From Parvularia atlantis (lineage: Eukaryota): a stretch of DNA of 43,541 nucleotides. Under the pieces are notes generated by a model. That model did not search any database. It worked only from the letters and a program-made list of their open reading frames with translations, and was not told the origin of the DNA. A program made the position numbers and the translations under genes. The DNA lies in contig CALSCO010001471.1 in NCBI GenBank assembly GCA_943704415.1, positions 1 to 43,541 of the forward strand, in the 5' to 3' direction. This document shows positions 12,712 to 25,088 of this stretch, piece by piece; the stretch's first letter is position 1; each line of letters opens with the position of its first letter.

Positions 12712-13991
12712 TCACAGATGTGCGGCGCGCGCCCGCCCGGCCAGCAGGCGCAGCGTCAGCAGCACGCGCGCCTGCAGCGCGTTGACGTCGTCGAAGCCGT
12801 CGCGCAGGATGAAGCCGCGCCGCTCGTACTTGGCCACTGAGCCGCGGTAGTAGTGCTCGTCGTAGTTGCGCCCGACCGCCGCGCGCGACACAACCACGAT
12901 CGGGAGCCGCGCCGTGTGCGCCGCGAGCGCGTCGAGCACGCGGTCGCTCAGCGAGCCTGTGCCCATGCCCGCCACGACCAGGCCGTCCAGCTCGGCGAGG
13001 TGCGCGGGCGACGGCGGCGCCGCGCCTACGGCCATCGTCCAGATGTCGACGCGCGGCACGCGCCCGAGTTGCGCCGCGCTCAGCTGCTGAGCGCGGTCGA
13101 GCCGGCCGGGCAGAGGCGGCAACGCAGAAAAGTAGACCTGCAGCACATCGATCAGCACACGCGGTGGACCAGCGACGCGCGCGCAAGCATACCACCAGCC
13201 GCCCGTCGCGGACCTGCGCGAGCGGGCCCGGGTGCGACGCAAACATGCCGACGAGCGCCGCGTCGTGTTTGCGGCAATAGCGCGCGGCGTGCACGCTGTC
13301 GTTCATCGCCACGACGGTCCCAACCGCCCACGGACGCAGCGCGTCGGGCGCTGCCACGACCAGCACGGCCTGCGCAAAGTTGGCGCGCCCGTCGAATCTG
13401 CGCGCGAACCAGTCAGTCGTAGGCCACAAGGGTATGTGCAACTTGAAGCGCGCACCCCTCGACGCTCTGCGGCTTGGCCGAGCCGCACACGGCGACCGGC
13501 GTCGTCGGCGGCAGCACCAGGTCGAGCGCGAATGCAAACTCCTCGAGTGCGTCCGTGCCCGTGACGACCTGCGCAAGCTCGCTCAGACAGCAGCGTGCGC
13601 AGGGACGGGCACACGCACGACGCAGCCGCGGCAGCCTTGTTCGTCGACGGCGTGCTCGATCGCCTCGCGCGTGCGCAGGATCGTCGTCCACGTCAGCTCA
13701 GCACCCGATCGTTCCGCGACTGGCTGCGCTGCACCGCGCGCGCGCGTCACGCCCGCGCGAGCGTATCACCGGCTGTGTGTGTCGCACTTCGAAGCGCACG
13801 GCGACGTCGCCCTCGGGCGTGCTCACGGTCGCGGGCAGCACCGTCCGCAGGTCAACCTTAGCCACCGCATCAGCTCACCACGACACCACGCACTTCCACC
13901 GCGCGAAACGCACCCGCTCCATCGCCGCCGCACCGCCGCCCGCCGCGCGCTGCGCGATGGTCCCGCCCGTCAGGATAGCGGTCACGTGCAT
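12712..13991 (-). CDS. L-asparaginase/glutaminase family protein (5 introns)
   Basis: ILTGGTIA and [12 protein letters not shown] catalytic motifs, [39 protein letters not shown]. Confidence 0.88.
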
Positions 13992-14062
13992 CGCGTCAGG
14001 ATTCCACGCGCTTCTAGAAGTGCCGTTTTTTCTGTCGCGCCCTGTGTGCCACAGTGTGCTCG

Positions 14063-14678
14063 ATGGCGCGCACCAAACAGACGAAGCCGACGACGCCGCG
14101 GACGGGCGGCAAGGACACGCCGGGCAAGACGACGCCGGGCAGCAGCAAGCGCGCGCGGCGTGCGTGGCGGCGCGGTTGTGACGCGGAATCGCCGTGCTGA
14201 ACGGAGGCGCGCGCCGCAACCAGCCGGGGACCCGATCACGCCCGGAAAGCCGCGGCGGCACCGGCCGGGCGTGGTGGCCCTGCGCGAGATCCGCAAGTAC
14301 CAGAAGACGACGGAGCTGCTGCTGCGCAAGCTGCCCTTCAGCCGGCTGGTGCGCGCCGTGCGTGCCGCCGTCGTGCTGCTGACCGGCGAGGGGCGCGCAG
14401 GTGCGCGAAGTGTGCATGGACGTGACGCCGCCGTCGATTGCGCAGGGCATCCGATGGCAGTCGACCGCGCTCGAGGCGTTGCAGGAGGCGACCGAGGCGT
14501 TCCTGGTGCACCTGATCGAGGACGCGTGCGCTTCTTTGGCTGCATCGCGCGCGCGCACTCGCTCAACAGCGACGGGTGCAGGTATCTCTGCACCATGCAC
14601 GCCAAGCGGGTAACGCTCATGAAGCACGACCTGCAGCTCGCCCGGAGAATACGCGGCGGGTCGGGCGTGCAGATCTAG
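14063..14678 (+). CDS. CENPA: Centromeric histone H3 variant (CenH3/CENP-A), 3 introns
   Basis: Histone fold [34 protein letters not shown]. Divergent tail after MARTKQT, lengthened loop 1 ([14 protein letters not shown]), Q-to-S and F-to-W (RWQ) changes typical of CenH3, [20 protein letters not shown]. Confidence 0.9.
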
Positions 14679-14867
14679 AGGCGCTCACCCGTAAACGATC
14701 TGTGCTTCAGCCTTGTGTCTTCCTTCACCTTGTTGTGTGCCCCCGAGGGACTGTGCCTGTGCCCCGCCGTCACGCGAGCGAAGCAGGGAAAACTCCCCCC
14801 CCCCCCCTCTTTTTTCGACGTTTGCAGAGCGCACACAGCCGGCACAAGGGCACACAAAGGGACGCGC

Positions 14868-15565
14868 TCACGCGGTCGCCGTCGCCTCGCGCGCCTTCAT
14901 GTAGTCGTCCAGGCTGCTGTTGAGCATGTCGGCCGCGCGCGTCGGGTCCTGCGCGCCCCGCTCAGCCTCGCCAGCGCCCGGCACACGCGCCGCGCCCGCA
15001 CCTTCTTCAGATACGCCTCGAGCGCCTTGTCGAGGTCCTCGGGCTTGGCCGGCGCGCTACGACCACCGCGGCCGCCGCGACCGCCGCGAGCGCCCCGGCC
15101 GCCACGTCCCGTCGTCACGGCGACCCTGTTGCGCGCCCGTGAGCACGCCCTCAGCCCGCCCTCGGCCCGCAGACGCACTTGCCCGCGCGACCCCGCGGGG
15201 GGGGCGCGTGCACCACGGCCGGCGCCTTTGCCGCGCCGCGTCCACCGCGTCCACCACCACGCCGTGCACCGCGCGCGCCCGGGGCCTTGGGCGGGTCGTA
15301 CGACGGCTGCGCAGGCGCCGCGCGTCAGAGATCCCGCACGGTGCGCGGCGTCAGCCGACCTGCGCGGCCTGCTGCCGGTCCTGCGCGAGCTTCTTGAAGC
15401 TGCGGATTGTGCCTCGTGTGAGCACACGCGACTCGAGCGCGCCGCAGCAGCGGTGCCGCACCGCTCGTCGAGGCTCGCCGGCGCCGTCTGCACCGACTTG
15501 GCCGCGGCCGCCGCCGCCGCCGCGACGTGCGGGTTGGGCTTCACTCGACGCAGCGTCGCCGACAT
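14868..15565 (-). CDS. CHTOP/Friend-of-PRMT1-like RGG protein with UAP56-binding-type motifs (4 introns)
   Basis: N-terminal SLDERF, RGG repeats, duplicated C-terminal EDLDKALEAYL / MLNSSLDDYM. Confidence 0.72.
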
Positions 15566-15618
15566 GGCTATCCCCTCAGACCGCAATGTGCCGCGCCGAC
15601 ACTTCCAGAGCGTTCGAG

Positions 15619-17396
15619 ATGCGGCCGTTGCAGGTGGCGCGCGCGCGCCCCTCGTTCAAACCGCGGGCGGGCGCGCTGACGAAGGCCGCCGCCGCCGCCG
15701 CAGCAGCAGCAGCAGCAGCGGGCGCAGGCGCCGTCGCGCCCCGTCACGCCCGCAGCATCACGTGCCGCGCCCGCGCCCGCCCGCGCGCCGCTCACGCCGG
15801 CCAACCGCAACGCCGCGGGCGCGCCGAGCGTGTTTGATGTGCGCGGATGCACCCCGTCGCGAAGGGCTGACGGAGGCGGCGCCAGCGGCTGTACGCCAAC
15901 ACGCCCGGCGCCAAGCGCAAGGCTGATGCGAGGCCGAGCGAGCAGCCCGCCGTCAAGCGCGCGCGCGCGCCGGCGCCGTTGCGGCCGATGACGCCGGCCA
16001 CGCAGCGTCGAGCGACATCGACATCGGCAGCAGCAGCATCAGCTGCGGTGCCGTCACGGGCACCGGCAGCAGCAACGGCAGTGACGCCCGCGCATCCCGC
16101 CGTCTGCATCCCGCTCGAGCCGCCGTCGTCGCCCGGCAGCAGCCCCGACGGCGACCCGGCCGACCTCGCCAAGCTGCTCGACCAGGAGCTGCAGGAGGAG
16201 CAGCGGCGCATCGCGGCGGTGCGGTGCTGCGTGCGCCTCCGCCCGGCTAACGCGCTGCTCACCGCGACGATCAGCTGGCCGAGACGCTCGCGGAGCAGCG
16301 CGCGGCTCTGGAGCAGCAGGGTGCGCGCCAAGGTGCATCGCGCGCACAGTCGATGCTCACGGGTCGCACGGCCAGTGGCGCGGCTCGAGACGCAGCTGCA
16401 CGAGAGCGCGAAGGAGAACGCTGACCTGGCGATGCTCGCGGCCGAGCGCGACGAGCGCATCGCCGAGCTGCAGGACGAGGTGCTCGCGCTGCAGACTGCC
16501 CTGCGCAAGACGCTCGACGAGAACGACGCCGTGCGTCTCGCCTTGCGCTCACGACAGCTGCTGACGACGCCAGCAGCTGCTCCGGCGCGTCAAGCTCCTC
16601 GACGCGCACCAGCAGCTACAGAGCGACCACATCGCCTACGCGCTGCTCTACGACGTGCGCGCCCCTGAATCGCGGCGCGCACTCGTGTAACCGCGCGTGC
16701 GGCGCAGATCGCGCGCATGGACGATGAGCCCGTGGCCACACCGGCGCGACCGTTGGCTGGTGTGCCGTCCTACGTCAAGCCGGGTCTCGGCTTCCGCTTC
16801 TTGCCCGTGGGTCGTGCCTGATCGCCCGCGGCCCACAGCTCAGCCGCGCGCGCGCGCCTCGCAGCCAGCCGCCCCCGCGCAGCCTGCGGGCGCGCTGTGC
16901 GATGCCGAGACGCAGACAGAGCCGGTCGTGCGCTCGCCGCCGCGGCCAGACACCGCGCTCCAGCAGCGCCTGCAAAAGTCCCGCCGCAAGGCCCACACGC
17001 TCGCCTTCGCCTTTGAGACGATGCAGCAGGAGGTGCGCACGCGCTCTCGCTCTCGTGTGCGCGGCAATGATGTTGACGACGCCGCACGCAGTTCAACGAG
17101 CGCAAGGACAAGCACGCCGAGCAGCTCGCCAAGCTCGCGGCCGAGACGGGCGAGCAGAAGGCCAAGGCCGACGCCGAGATCCTGTGCGTTATGCTCCGTT
17201 GCGCACGAGAGGCCGCGCGCTCAACGTGGCGCACGCGTTCAGGAAATGGAAGCAGATCGCCAAGACCGGCGTGGCCGACGTGCGCCACGAGATGTCGACG
17301 GCGCTCAACATGAGCATGGCGCGCTGCGAGCAGCTCGAGGAGCTGCTCGAGCAGGCGCGGGCGCAGGCGCTGGCGCCGAGGACGCAGCAACCGTGA
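15619..17396 (+). CDS. Uncharacterised coiled-coil protein with Pro/Ala-rich N-terminus (~9 introns)
   Basis: Canonical introns join MRPLQ|QQQQRAQ..SVFD|RLYANTPG.. to heptad exons (LLDQELQEEQRR, ERDERIAELQDEVLAL, RCEQLEELLEQAR); TGA at 17396. Confidence 0.7.
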
Positions 17397-17539
17397 TCTG
17401 TAGCCAGGGACGGAAAAGACACAAACTGCTCCGAGTAGTCTAGGATCAGTGCAGTCTGCGGCGCGTCAGGCAGGCCTACTAGTTTTCAAGTTGTGACTAT
17501 CGCTCGACTTTCGACTCTATCGACGTTCGACTTGAGGCT

Positions 17540-20034
17540 ATGCTGCCTCTGGTTGTGCGCGGCGCACTGGCGGCCGTGCTCGGGCTGCACGTTGCTGTTG
17601 CGGCGCACCAGCTGGCGGCGGTCGTGCCGGGGCTGCGCCTGCGCGCGCGCGCCGATCTGCTGCGGGTTCAGCGACGCGGCGTCGCATCTGGTGCGTGCGA
17701 TGCGCGACATGCGCGGACGCGGATGCGGCGGCTGAGATGCGCCACGTGCCGCGCGCTCGGCGGCAGCGGCAGCTGTGACGTCGCCAGGCGGCGATGCGCC
17801 TAGCAACGGGTTTGTGGCGACGATGCGCGCGCTGGACAAGGCCGTGGCGGCCGGGCGCGCCGACGTGCTGCTGCGCCTCGCGGCGACGTCGATGGCGGCG
17901 CACTCCAGCGAGCCCGGGTTCGAGCTGTCGCGCGTCGTCGCCGTCGCCATCCACCACCTCGGCCGGCTGCAGCGGCCCGACCTCGCGACGCAGCTGTTTG
18001 ACGACTACCACGCGCGCTACTACGGCAACAGCGACGACGCGACCGATCCGCACGCCTTCGCTGCCGTCACCTACGTCCTCACGGCGCCCAACAACAACGG
18101 CGTGCGTCCGCGGCAGCCGGCCGGGCAGGGCGTGGACGACCCGCTGGCCGCGCGCGCCGTCGACTACTACCGGCGCTTCTATGCGGCGTGCGAGCCGCTG
18201 CTGGGCGCGACGATGAAGACGTTCTACTCGTCGGTGCGCGAGCGGCCCGTGCGAGCGCTCTGCTTTCGCTCACGCTCGCGCAGATCCTGTTTGCGCTTGT
18301 GCGCACGGGCGAGTACGGCGAGGGACGCCGCGTGCACCACGACATGCTGCGGCGCGGCATCGACACGGTAAAGATGCAAAACATCGCGTCGTACCTCGTC
18401 ACGATCTACAGCGAGCTCGGTGCGCTGCGGCCTAGGAGCTGCCTGCTTGCTCCTCACGCCTTGCACTTCGCAGGCGATCTCGAGACGGCCGCCAGCCTGG
18501 TCGACGCGATCGATCTGCCCAACATGAAGATGTGCGAGACGATCTTGCACGCCTGCGCCAAGGTGCACCTCGTCGCGTGACGTGTCCGCCGCACTCAACC
18601 GTCCGCAACGTAGCACCGCCGTGGGTGGCACGCGCTGGACTTCTACGAGGTGCGCACGCCTCGCGTGTTGTCCGCACCGCTGATGCGTGCGCGCAGTGGG
18701 CTGAGCGGACGGGCCTGCGCGGCTTTGTGCCGGCGTCGTCTCGCCTGCTCGGGCAGGTGATCCGCTCGCTCGACGGGCCCGACTACGCGACCGAGCTGCC
18801 GCGGCTCGAACGTCTGCTGCTCGGTGCGGACCACTCGCATGTGCTCCTGCTGCCAACACGCGCGATACAGACACCAAGGGCACGCTGGACGTTGACGTGC
18901 ACAACGCGCTCATCCACCTGCATGCGGACCGAGGAAGCGTCGACAAGGGCGCGTGCGCGCGCTGCACCGCACCTCAGCGGCTCACCTTGTCCGTCTGCAG
19001 CGCTCGACGCGTTCGACGCGCTGTGCCGCCGCGCGCCCGCCGTCAAGCCCAACAGCCAGAGCTTCGTGGGCATCCTGAAGGCCGTGCGGCAGCGCGAGGA
19101 CCGCCCGCTGGCCGAGGCGATCGAGCGCATCCGCGGTGCGCGCAGCGGGTGAGCGGACGCGTGCGCGTGCTAACCACCAACCGGTCGCAGCGTGCGCGTT
19201 TGCGATGGACACGACCACGGCCAACGCGATGCTCGCGACACTCGCGCCCGCCGAGGCCGCCTCGCGCATGGACGCGGCCAAGCTGCAGCAGCAGATCGCG
19301 CACGTGGTGCGTCTTGCCGTCGCTGCTTTGGCACGTGTTGGCTGATGCGGACGGCAGCGCCTCGCCCGGGCCATCTTCCGCGCGACCGAGAGCAGCGGCA
19401 TCGCCGACACGGTCACGTACAACACGATGCTCACCGTGCTGAAGAAGCACCTGGTGCGCAGCGGCATTGTGCTGCGCGCACGCCTGCGTCTCACGTGCGC
19501 CGCAGACGGCATTCCACCTCTGGGTCGCGCTGATCGCGCGCAAGGGCGAGGTATCGCGGCAGCAGGCGCAGGTCGTGAGCGACGCCATCGACGACGTGCG
19601 CGCGCGACTGGCCTGTCGTTCGGTCCGCTCACGTTCGTGCGGCACAGGACGTGCGCTTGCTCGGCGACGTGTTTCACAAGGCGCACGCGCGTGGCGTTGC
19701 CGACGTCTGGACCAACGGCATCTACCTCAAGGTACGGGCAGGCACGCTGAATAATGCCGTGCTGACGCCGGGATGAACAGACGCTCACGACCATCGGGCG
19801 CGGGGACGACGCGCTCGAGTGGTTCCGGCGACACCCGCGGTGGCAGCGCGCGCCTACATTCCAGCTGCTCATCGCGCACTTCAGTGCGTTGTCGCGCTGG
19901 CGTGCGACTGCGACGCGCTCACGGCCCGTGCAGAGCGCGAGGGCAGCGACGACACGGTGCGCGAGCTTGAGGCGATGAAGGCTGCGCTGCCGCACACCGC
20001 CGTGGCCGGCACGGTCACGCGCAGGTGCCGCTGA
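17540..20034 (+). CDS. Pentatricopeptide-repeat-like helical repeat protein, probably mitochondrial (~12 introns)
   Basis: PPR-like units DVDVHNALIHLHADRGSVDKALDAFDAL..VKPNSQSFVGILKAV and ADTVTYNTMLTVL; Arg-rich N-terminus. Confidence 0.72.
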
Positions 20035-20111
20035 GACTGTCTGTGTTGCTGCGTTGCGCAAACAATCGATCTTGCTTTTCCTCTCATCACACGCACGGCC
20101 CCGCAGTCGCC

Positions 20112-21328
20112 TTAGGCGTCGTGCAGCAGGTGGTCGCGCGGCTCAAAGTCGTAGAGGATCTCCATGTCAAGCACGAGCGCGTCCGAGCCGATGTCGCCCG
20201 GTGCGAACGCCGTTGCGCCCGGGTGCGACGCGAAAAACTCGTACACGCGGCCGCCCTTGAGGCTTTGCTGCTCACACAAAGCCGGTGAGTGCGCGCGCGC
20301 CCGCGCGAGAGGAGCACGCGCGTGCATACCTGCAGGTTGCTCGGGCGCGGCGCCGCGAGGAACGACGCCATTGCGAGGTCGTACACAAAGACGTCCTTGG
20401 CCTCGGTCACGCCTGCGCGCGCGCGTGTCAGTGCTGGTGCCGCACCAGCGAGGCGTGCGCGCCGTCAAACGAGACGACGTCCATGCGCAGGACGCCGCGT
20501 GAGCCGCTGATCGAGTTGATGCGCAGCGTCTCGTGCGGCAGGAGCGAGAAGACGAGCCGGCGCCCGTTGAGCATGAGACGCATGCTGAAGGCCTGCGTTG
20601 GCGGCGCACGCGTCATTGTTTCGCTCGATGGCGCACCATGCCACGCACCTTGCGGAAGCGCACGTTGGCCACGCCCGGGTACATGTCAGCGTACACGCCA
20701 AAGTGCGCGGCCTCCTCCTTGACCTGCTCCTCACTGCGGCGCGCACGTCAGTGTGCAGCAGCCAGCGCAGCGTGCACGTGCCTGATGAACGACGGCCGGA
20801 AGATCTTGCCCGTGCGCAGAAAGCCGACGAGCACCTCAAAGACCTGCCGCTTCGTGAGCAACAGCACAAACGACAGCCGGTGCACACCAGCGGGTCGCGG
20901 TCAAAGTAGTACTCGCCGGCCTGCGTCGGCAGCATCTCGCCGCGCATGATGGCGGCGAAGCGCGACTGCGGGAACTGCCGCGGCTGTGAGTGATCACCGC
21001 GGCCGTCACAGCAGCCGGCGTACCTTCAGCAGGTTCTGCGGGCTCACGTCAAACAGGCGACCGCCGACGGCCAGGCGCACGACGCCGCTGTACGGCTCGG
21101 GCGCAACTGGCATGACGAGGCTGCACGGCCACACACCCGTCACCGTCTGTCGCTTTACCGATCAGCACAAAGACGCACCCGTCCAGGCCGCCGCTCAGGT
21201 GCAAGCCGCCGACGCCCCCGACGAGATCGGCCGGCATCGGCGCCTCGTCGACTGCCTCGGGCACCGCGGTCGGCGTCGCAGCGGGCACGGGCGTGACAGG
21301 GGCGGCAACCGCGCTGCTGCTGGTGCCG

Positions 21329-21360
<32 letters not shown>

Positions 21361-21922
21361 ACTGCGCATGTCGCGGTCAGATTGGCGCCAGATCGATGAC
21401 GAGACGGACGACGCACGGTGCCGGCGACGCCGTGCCGTTCACCGCCCCGTGCGTGCCGTTCACGCCGTTGGCAGCCGCGCCCCTGCCACGTCCGCCCTCG
21501 GCGGGCGGCGTCGCCGAGCCGCGCTCGTACTTGAAGCTCTCTGCGCGCGCAGAGGATCAGCTCAGCGTCACTGTCGCCAGCGACCGCGCACCGGCCCCGT
21601 CCGTCGCCGGCGCCGCGCCACGTCGACCGCCTAGTTACGTAACGTGTCACAAACATGCCACAACTGGCGACCACCCGCGCCGCGCACCGCCGCCGTGTCG
21701 CGCGCCGCCACCACCTGACGAGCGCCCGCGCCCGCGCGGCGACGGGGCGGATCCGGGTGCGCCGCCGGGGCTGCGCGCGCCCGCGCCGGGGCTGCTGCCG
21801 TGCGGGCCGTGTGCGACAGGCGTGCTCTGCTGCCGTGCACGAGACGTGAGCACGACGAACGAGGGGGGGGGGGGCGACGAGGCGAAGGACGTGCCTCGGC
21901 CGACATCGATGTTCGAAAGCAT
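20112..21922 (-). CDS. BTB/POZ (KCTD/T1-like) domain protein with long low-complexity N-terminus (~11 introns)
   Basis: VVRLAVGGRLFDVSPQNLLK|FPQSRF..EYYFDRDPL|VFEVLVGFLRTGKIFRPSFISEEQVKEEAAHFG. Exons continue in frame upstream to an ATG at 21906 or 21922. Confidence 0.8.
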
Positions 21923-21966
21923 GACAGCATGGCATTTTCGCGCGTGGCTGCGATCGCGCCGCACCA

Positions 21967-22981
21967 ATGCCCGCGGTGCGCGCGCACGTGACGCGGCCTG
22001 GCGACGCGCCGCTGTTGACGGCCGCGCCGATGCACGACGCGAGCGGGCTGCTGCGGGCGGGCGACGTGCGGCGGCTGCGTGCACGCCTCGATCGCGATGG
22101 GTACCTGCTGCTGCGCGGGCTGCTGCCGGCCGATGTGGTCCTGGAGGCGCGCGCGTGCATCGCCCGTGACGTGCTCGTGCCCGAGGGCTTCGTCGATGCG
22201 GCCGACGCCGCGACGCTCGTCGCACGTGACGCGAGCCGCTCACCCGGGCTGCTGGCGCGGCCGGACGTGGCGCGTGCACCGCCCGTGCGCGCCGTGCTCG
22301 AGCATCCGGCGCTGTACGCGCTGATGGACATGCTGCTGGACGCGCCGGCCGCCACGGTCGAGTACAAGTGGCTGCGCGCCGTGCCGCGCGCGTGCTTCAC
22401 GGGCGTGCACACGGACCGCGTCTACCTCGGCCGTGGCTCGCAGCGCCTGCTCACGGCGTGGATCCCGCTCGGCGACGTGCCTGTGGCGCAGGGCAGCCTC
22501 CTCGTCGCGGCCGGGTCGCACCGCGCACGGCGCTTCGCGGCGCTGCGGGACGGCTACGGGCGATCGACCGTCGGCGCGGACGGCGTCGAGTCGGGCTGGC
22601 TGTCGCGCGTGCGTTGCGGTACTGTGTTGTCGTTTGGCGCTGATCGTCGTCGTCGTCCCTTGACCAGGACGGAGACGCCGTCGCGCGCAAGTTCGGCTTC
22701 CGCTGGCTCACGACCGACTTTGCCGCCGGCGACGTGTGCGTGCTCGGCCTGGACGTGCTGCACCTGACCGGGTCGAACGACACGGACCGGTGCGGCCGGG
22801 TGCAAGCGAGCCACGATCGCGACTGACGCAGCACATCGGCAGGTACCGCCTCTCGTGCGACACGCGGTGGCAACCCGCCCGCGACCCCGTCGACCCGCGC
22901 CTGCGCCTTGTGCCGCGGCCGCCGTCACTCGAGCAGACGCATGCAGAGACAGTGACACAAACAGCGTTGTTGCGTGCTTAG
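21967..22981 (+). CDS. Phytanoyl-CoA dioxygenase (PhyH)-family Fe/2OG dioxygenase (2 introns)
   Basis: LDRDGYLLLRGLL, FTGVHTD (HxD), LTAWIPLGDV..GSLLV, FAAGDV..VLH, RYRLSCDTRWQ. Confidence 0.88.
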
Positions 22982-22986
22982 CAGGC

Positions 22987-24885
22987 TCAGAAGACGAGCA
23001 GGCGATGGTTGTGCTTGTCGACAACAACGACCGTGCGGTCCAGCGCTGAGACGGCCACGCCTGCCGCCGTCGCCACCACGCCCTGGCCCCAGCGGTGCAC
23101 GGGCTCGCCCGCGACCGTCCACGCCGAGATCTTGTCGGCCTCGCCCACGAGTAGCACATGCGCCTCGGCGTCGTACGCGACCGAGCACGGGCTGTTCATC
23201 CGGCCCGCGCCGCCGATCGAGCGCACGCACTTGCCCGTCGAGAGTCTGAGCACCTTCAAGCAGTGGTTGCCCAGGTCCGTCGCCACGACCGCGTCCTCGC
23301 CGGGCACAATCACGACGCCGTCGACCAGCTGCTGTGCAAACCCGTGTACGTCCGACTCCCACTTTTGCGAGCCGTCCGCCGAGATCATGACCACGCCCTT
23401 GGCGCGGCGGCAGCCGACGACGAGGCTGCCGTCGTCCGCCAGCGCCACAGCGTACGGCCGCTCGCACGCCACCGAGCGCATGGGCGCACCCGTCACGCCG
23501 TGGTACAGCTGCAGCCGGCCGTCGTTCGGCAGGCACACCCACACGTCGCCCGTCGCCGTCAGCGCCACGCCCTGCGCGCTCGACTCGGTCTTGATCGAGC
23601 GCACAAACTCACCCTGGGCCTTGAGGATCTGCACGCGCTTCTGATCGCCATCGCCCACGACCAGCTGGCCCTTGCCGTCCACCGCGACCGAGACGGGCCG
23701 CTCGAACGTGCCGCTGCCCGCGCCGACGCGCAGCGCCGGCAGCGACGGCGTCAGCTTGTATTCGCGCGGACGCCGCGCACGCTGGACGACGGCGCCGAGC
23801 GAGGCCACGTCCGTCGTCGTGAGGTTCGTCAGCGTCGGCGCGGTCTCGTGGTAAAAGTGCGCGACGGCGCCCAGCACGGGCACGGTGCTGACCTCGGTCG
23901 CCTGCAACGTCGCGAGTCGCGCGGCGATGAGCGACTGCGCGCGCAGCGTGTGGTTCGGGTCGGCGAGCGGCGGCGCCTCGGCCAGCGCCTTGACGGCGGC
24001 GAGGGCGGTGGCGATGTGGTCGCGGCTCAGGTGCAGCTGGTCGCACTGGCCCTGCAGCGTCTTGGCGTCGGCGTCGAGCGTCGCGGCGAGCTGCGTCTCG
24101 AGGTCGGCCCGGCGCGCCTCGACCGACGCCAGCAGCGCGCGCAGCGGCTCGAAGATGCCGGCAAAGTACTGGTCCACGCGCGCGAGCGAGGCGGCGCGGT
24201 GCGCGGCCAGATGGTCCAGCTCTGCGCGCACGGTGTGGATGCCCTCGTCGCACACGGCCAGCTTGGGCGCGACGAGCGCGGCGGTGTCGGCGATGCGCGC
24301 GGTCTGGCGCTGCAGGCCGTCTTCGACGGGGATCATGGGGTGCGCGTAGTGCGGCGCGCGCACGCACTCGCCGCACGCGAGCTGGTCGCACGTCTGGCAG
24401 AAGAGCGTTGCGTCGCGCGTGCCGTGGCTGACGCAGAAGAGCGGCGCGGGCGCGGCGGCCGGGGCGACGCGCAGCGCGACCTCGTGGCCCGCCGTTGCCG
24501 GCAGATCGACGTGCACGTCCGCGTCGCGTGCGCAGAAGAGCGCGCCGCAGCCGGCCGTGACGCAGACGTGGGTCGCCGGGCGGCGCACGCACATGGCGCA
24601 CGTCGCGTCGGGCGCATCGGGCACAGCATCGGTAGCAGCAGCAGCGGTGGTGGCGCGCGGGCGCACGGGCGCGGCCAGCATCTGCGCGCGCGAGTAGGGC
24701 GCGCTGCAGTAGACGCCCTCGACCATGAACGCGCAGTGGCGCACGGCGCCGTCGTCGCGCCGGCGCACGCAGCGCATGCAGGCCGGGTGGAGGCACGGCA
24801 GCTGGCCGGGCGGGTTGCCGGCGTCGTACGCGTCGCCGCAGGCGGGGCACGCGTCTGCCGATTTGTGCGCGATCAGAGACGCGCC

Positions 24886-24919
<34 letters not shown>

Positions 24920-24959
24920 GCGATGTCGCACCCTCCGTCGAGTTGGCGTCACTCTTCAT
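22987..24959 (-). CDS. TRIM/RBCC-NHL protein: RING, two B-boxes, coiled coil, NHL beta-propeller (1 intron)
   Basis: MKSDANSTE|DACPAC..LPCLHPACMRC (RING); CAMC..C..C..FC..H..H; CVSH..LFCQTCDQLACGEC..HYAH; NHL units FERPVSVAVD, VATDLGNHCLKV, MNSPCSVA, VVDKHNHRLLVF. Confidence 0.87.
24887..24918. repeat. (AG)n microsatellite within the TRIM-NHL intron
   Basis: About 15 AG units. Confidence 0.9.
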
Positions 24960-25088
24960 GCCCGTCCTCACGCAAACTGTGTGTGCTCATGCTTTGCAGA
25001 GCATGAGTGCACACGGTGTGATCGGTCGTGCTTTTCTGAACATGGAGACAGCGCGGCAAAGGACAGTTTCCCAAAGAGCACACGAGGG

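Noticed and set aside
21049..21369. MRSSSS start for the BTB gene, and the + strand ORF 21396-22169
   Set aside because: That ATG lies inside an intron. The BTB gene continues upstream on the minus strand, and the + ORF is its antisense shadow.
21830..21906. Possible GC-AG first intron of the BTB gene (MSAE|GCACGT)
   Set aside because: An unspliced in-frame start at 21922 also works; ambiguous, so it was excluded from the count.
21934..21944. E2F-like TTTCGCGC/TTTGGCGC sites (also about 29944 and 36958)
   Set aside because: CGCG-rich background makes chance matches likely, and the adjacent genes are not a cell-cycle set.
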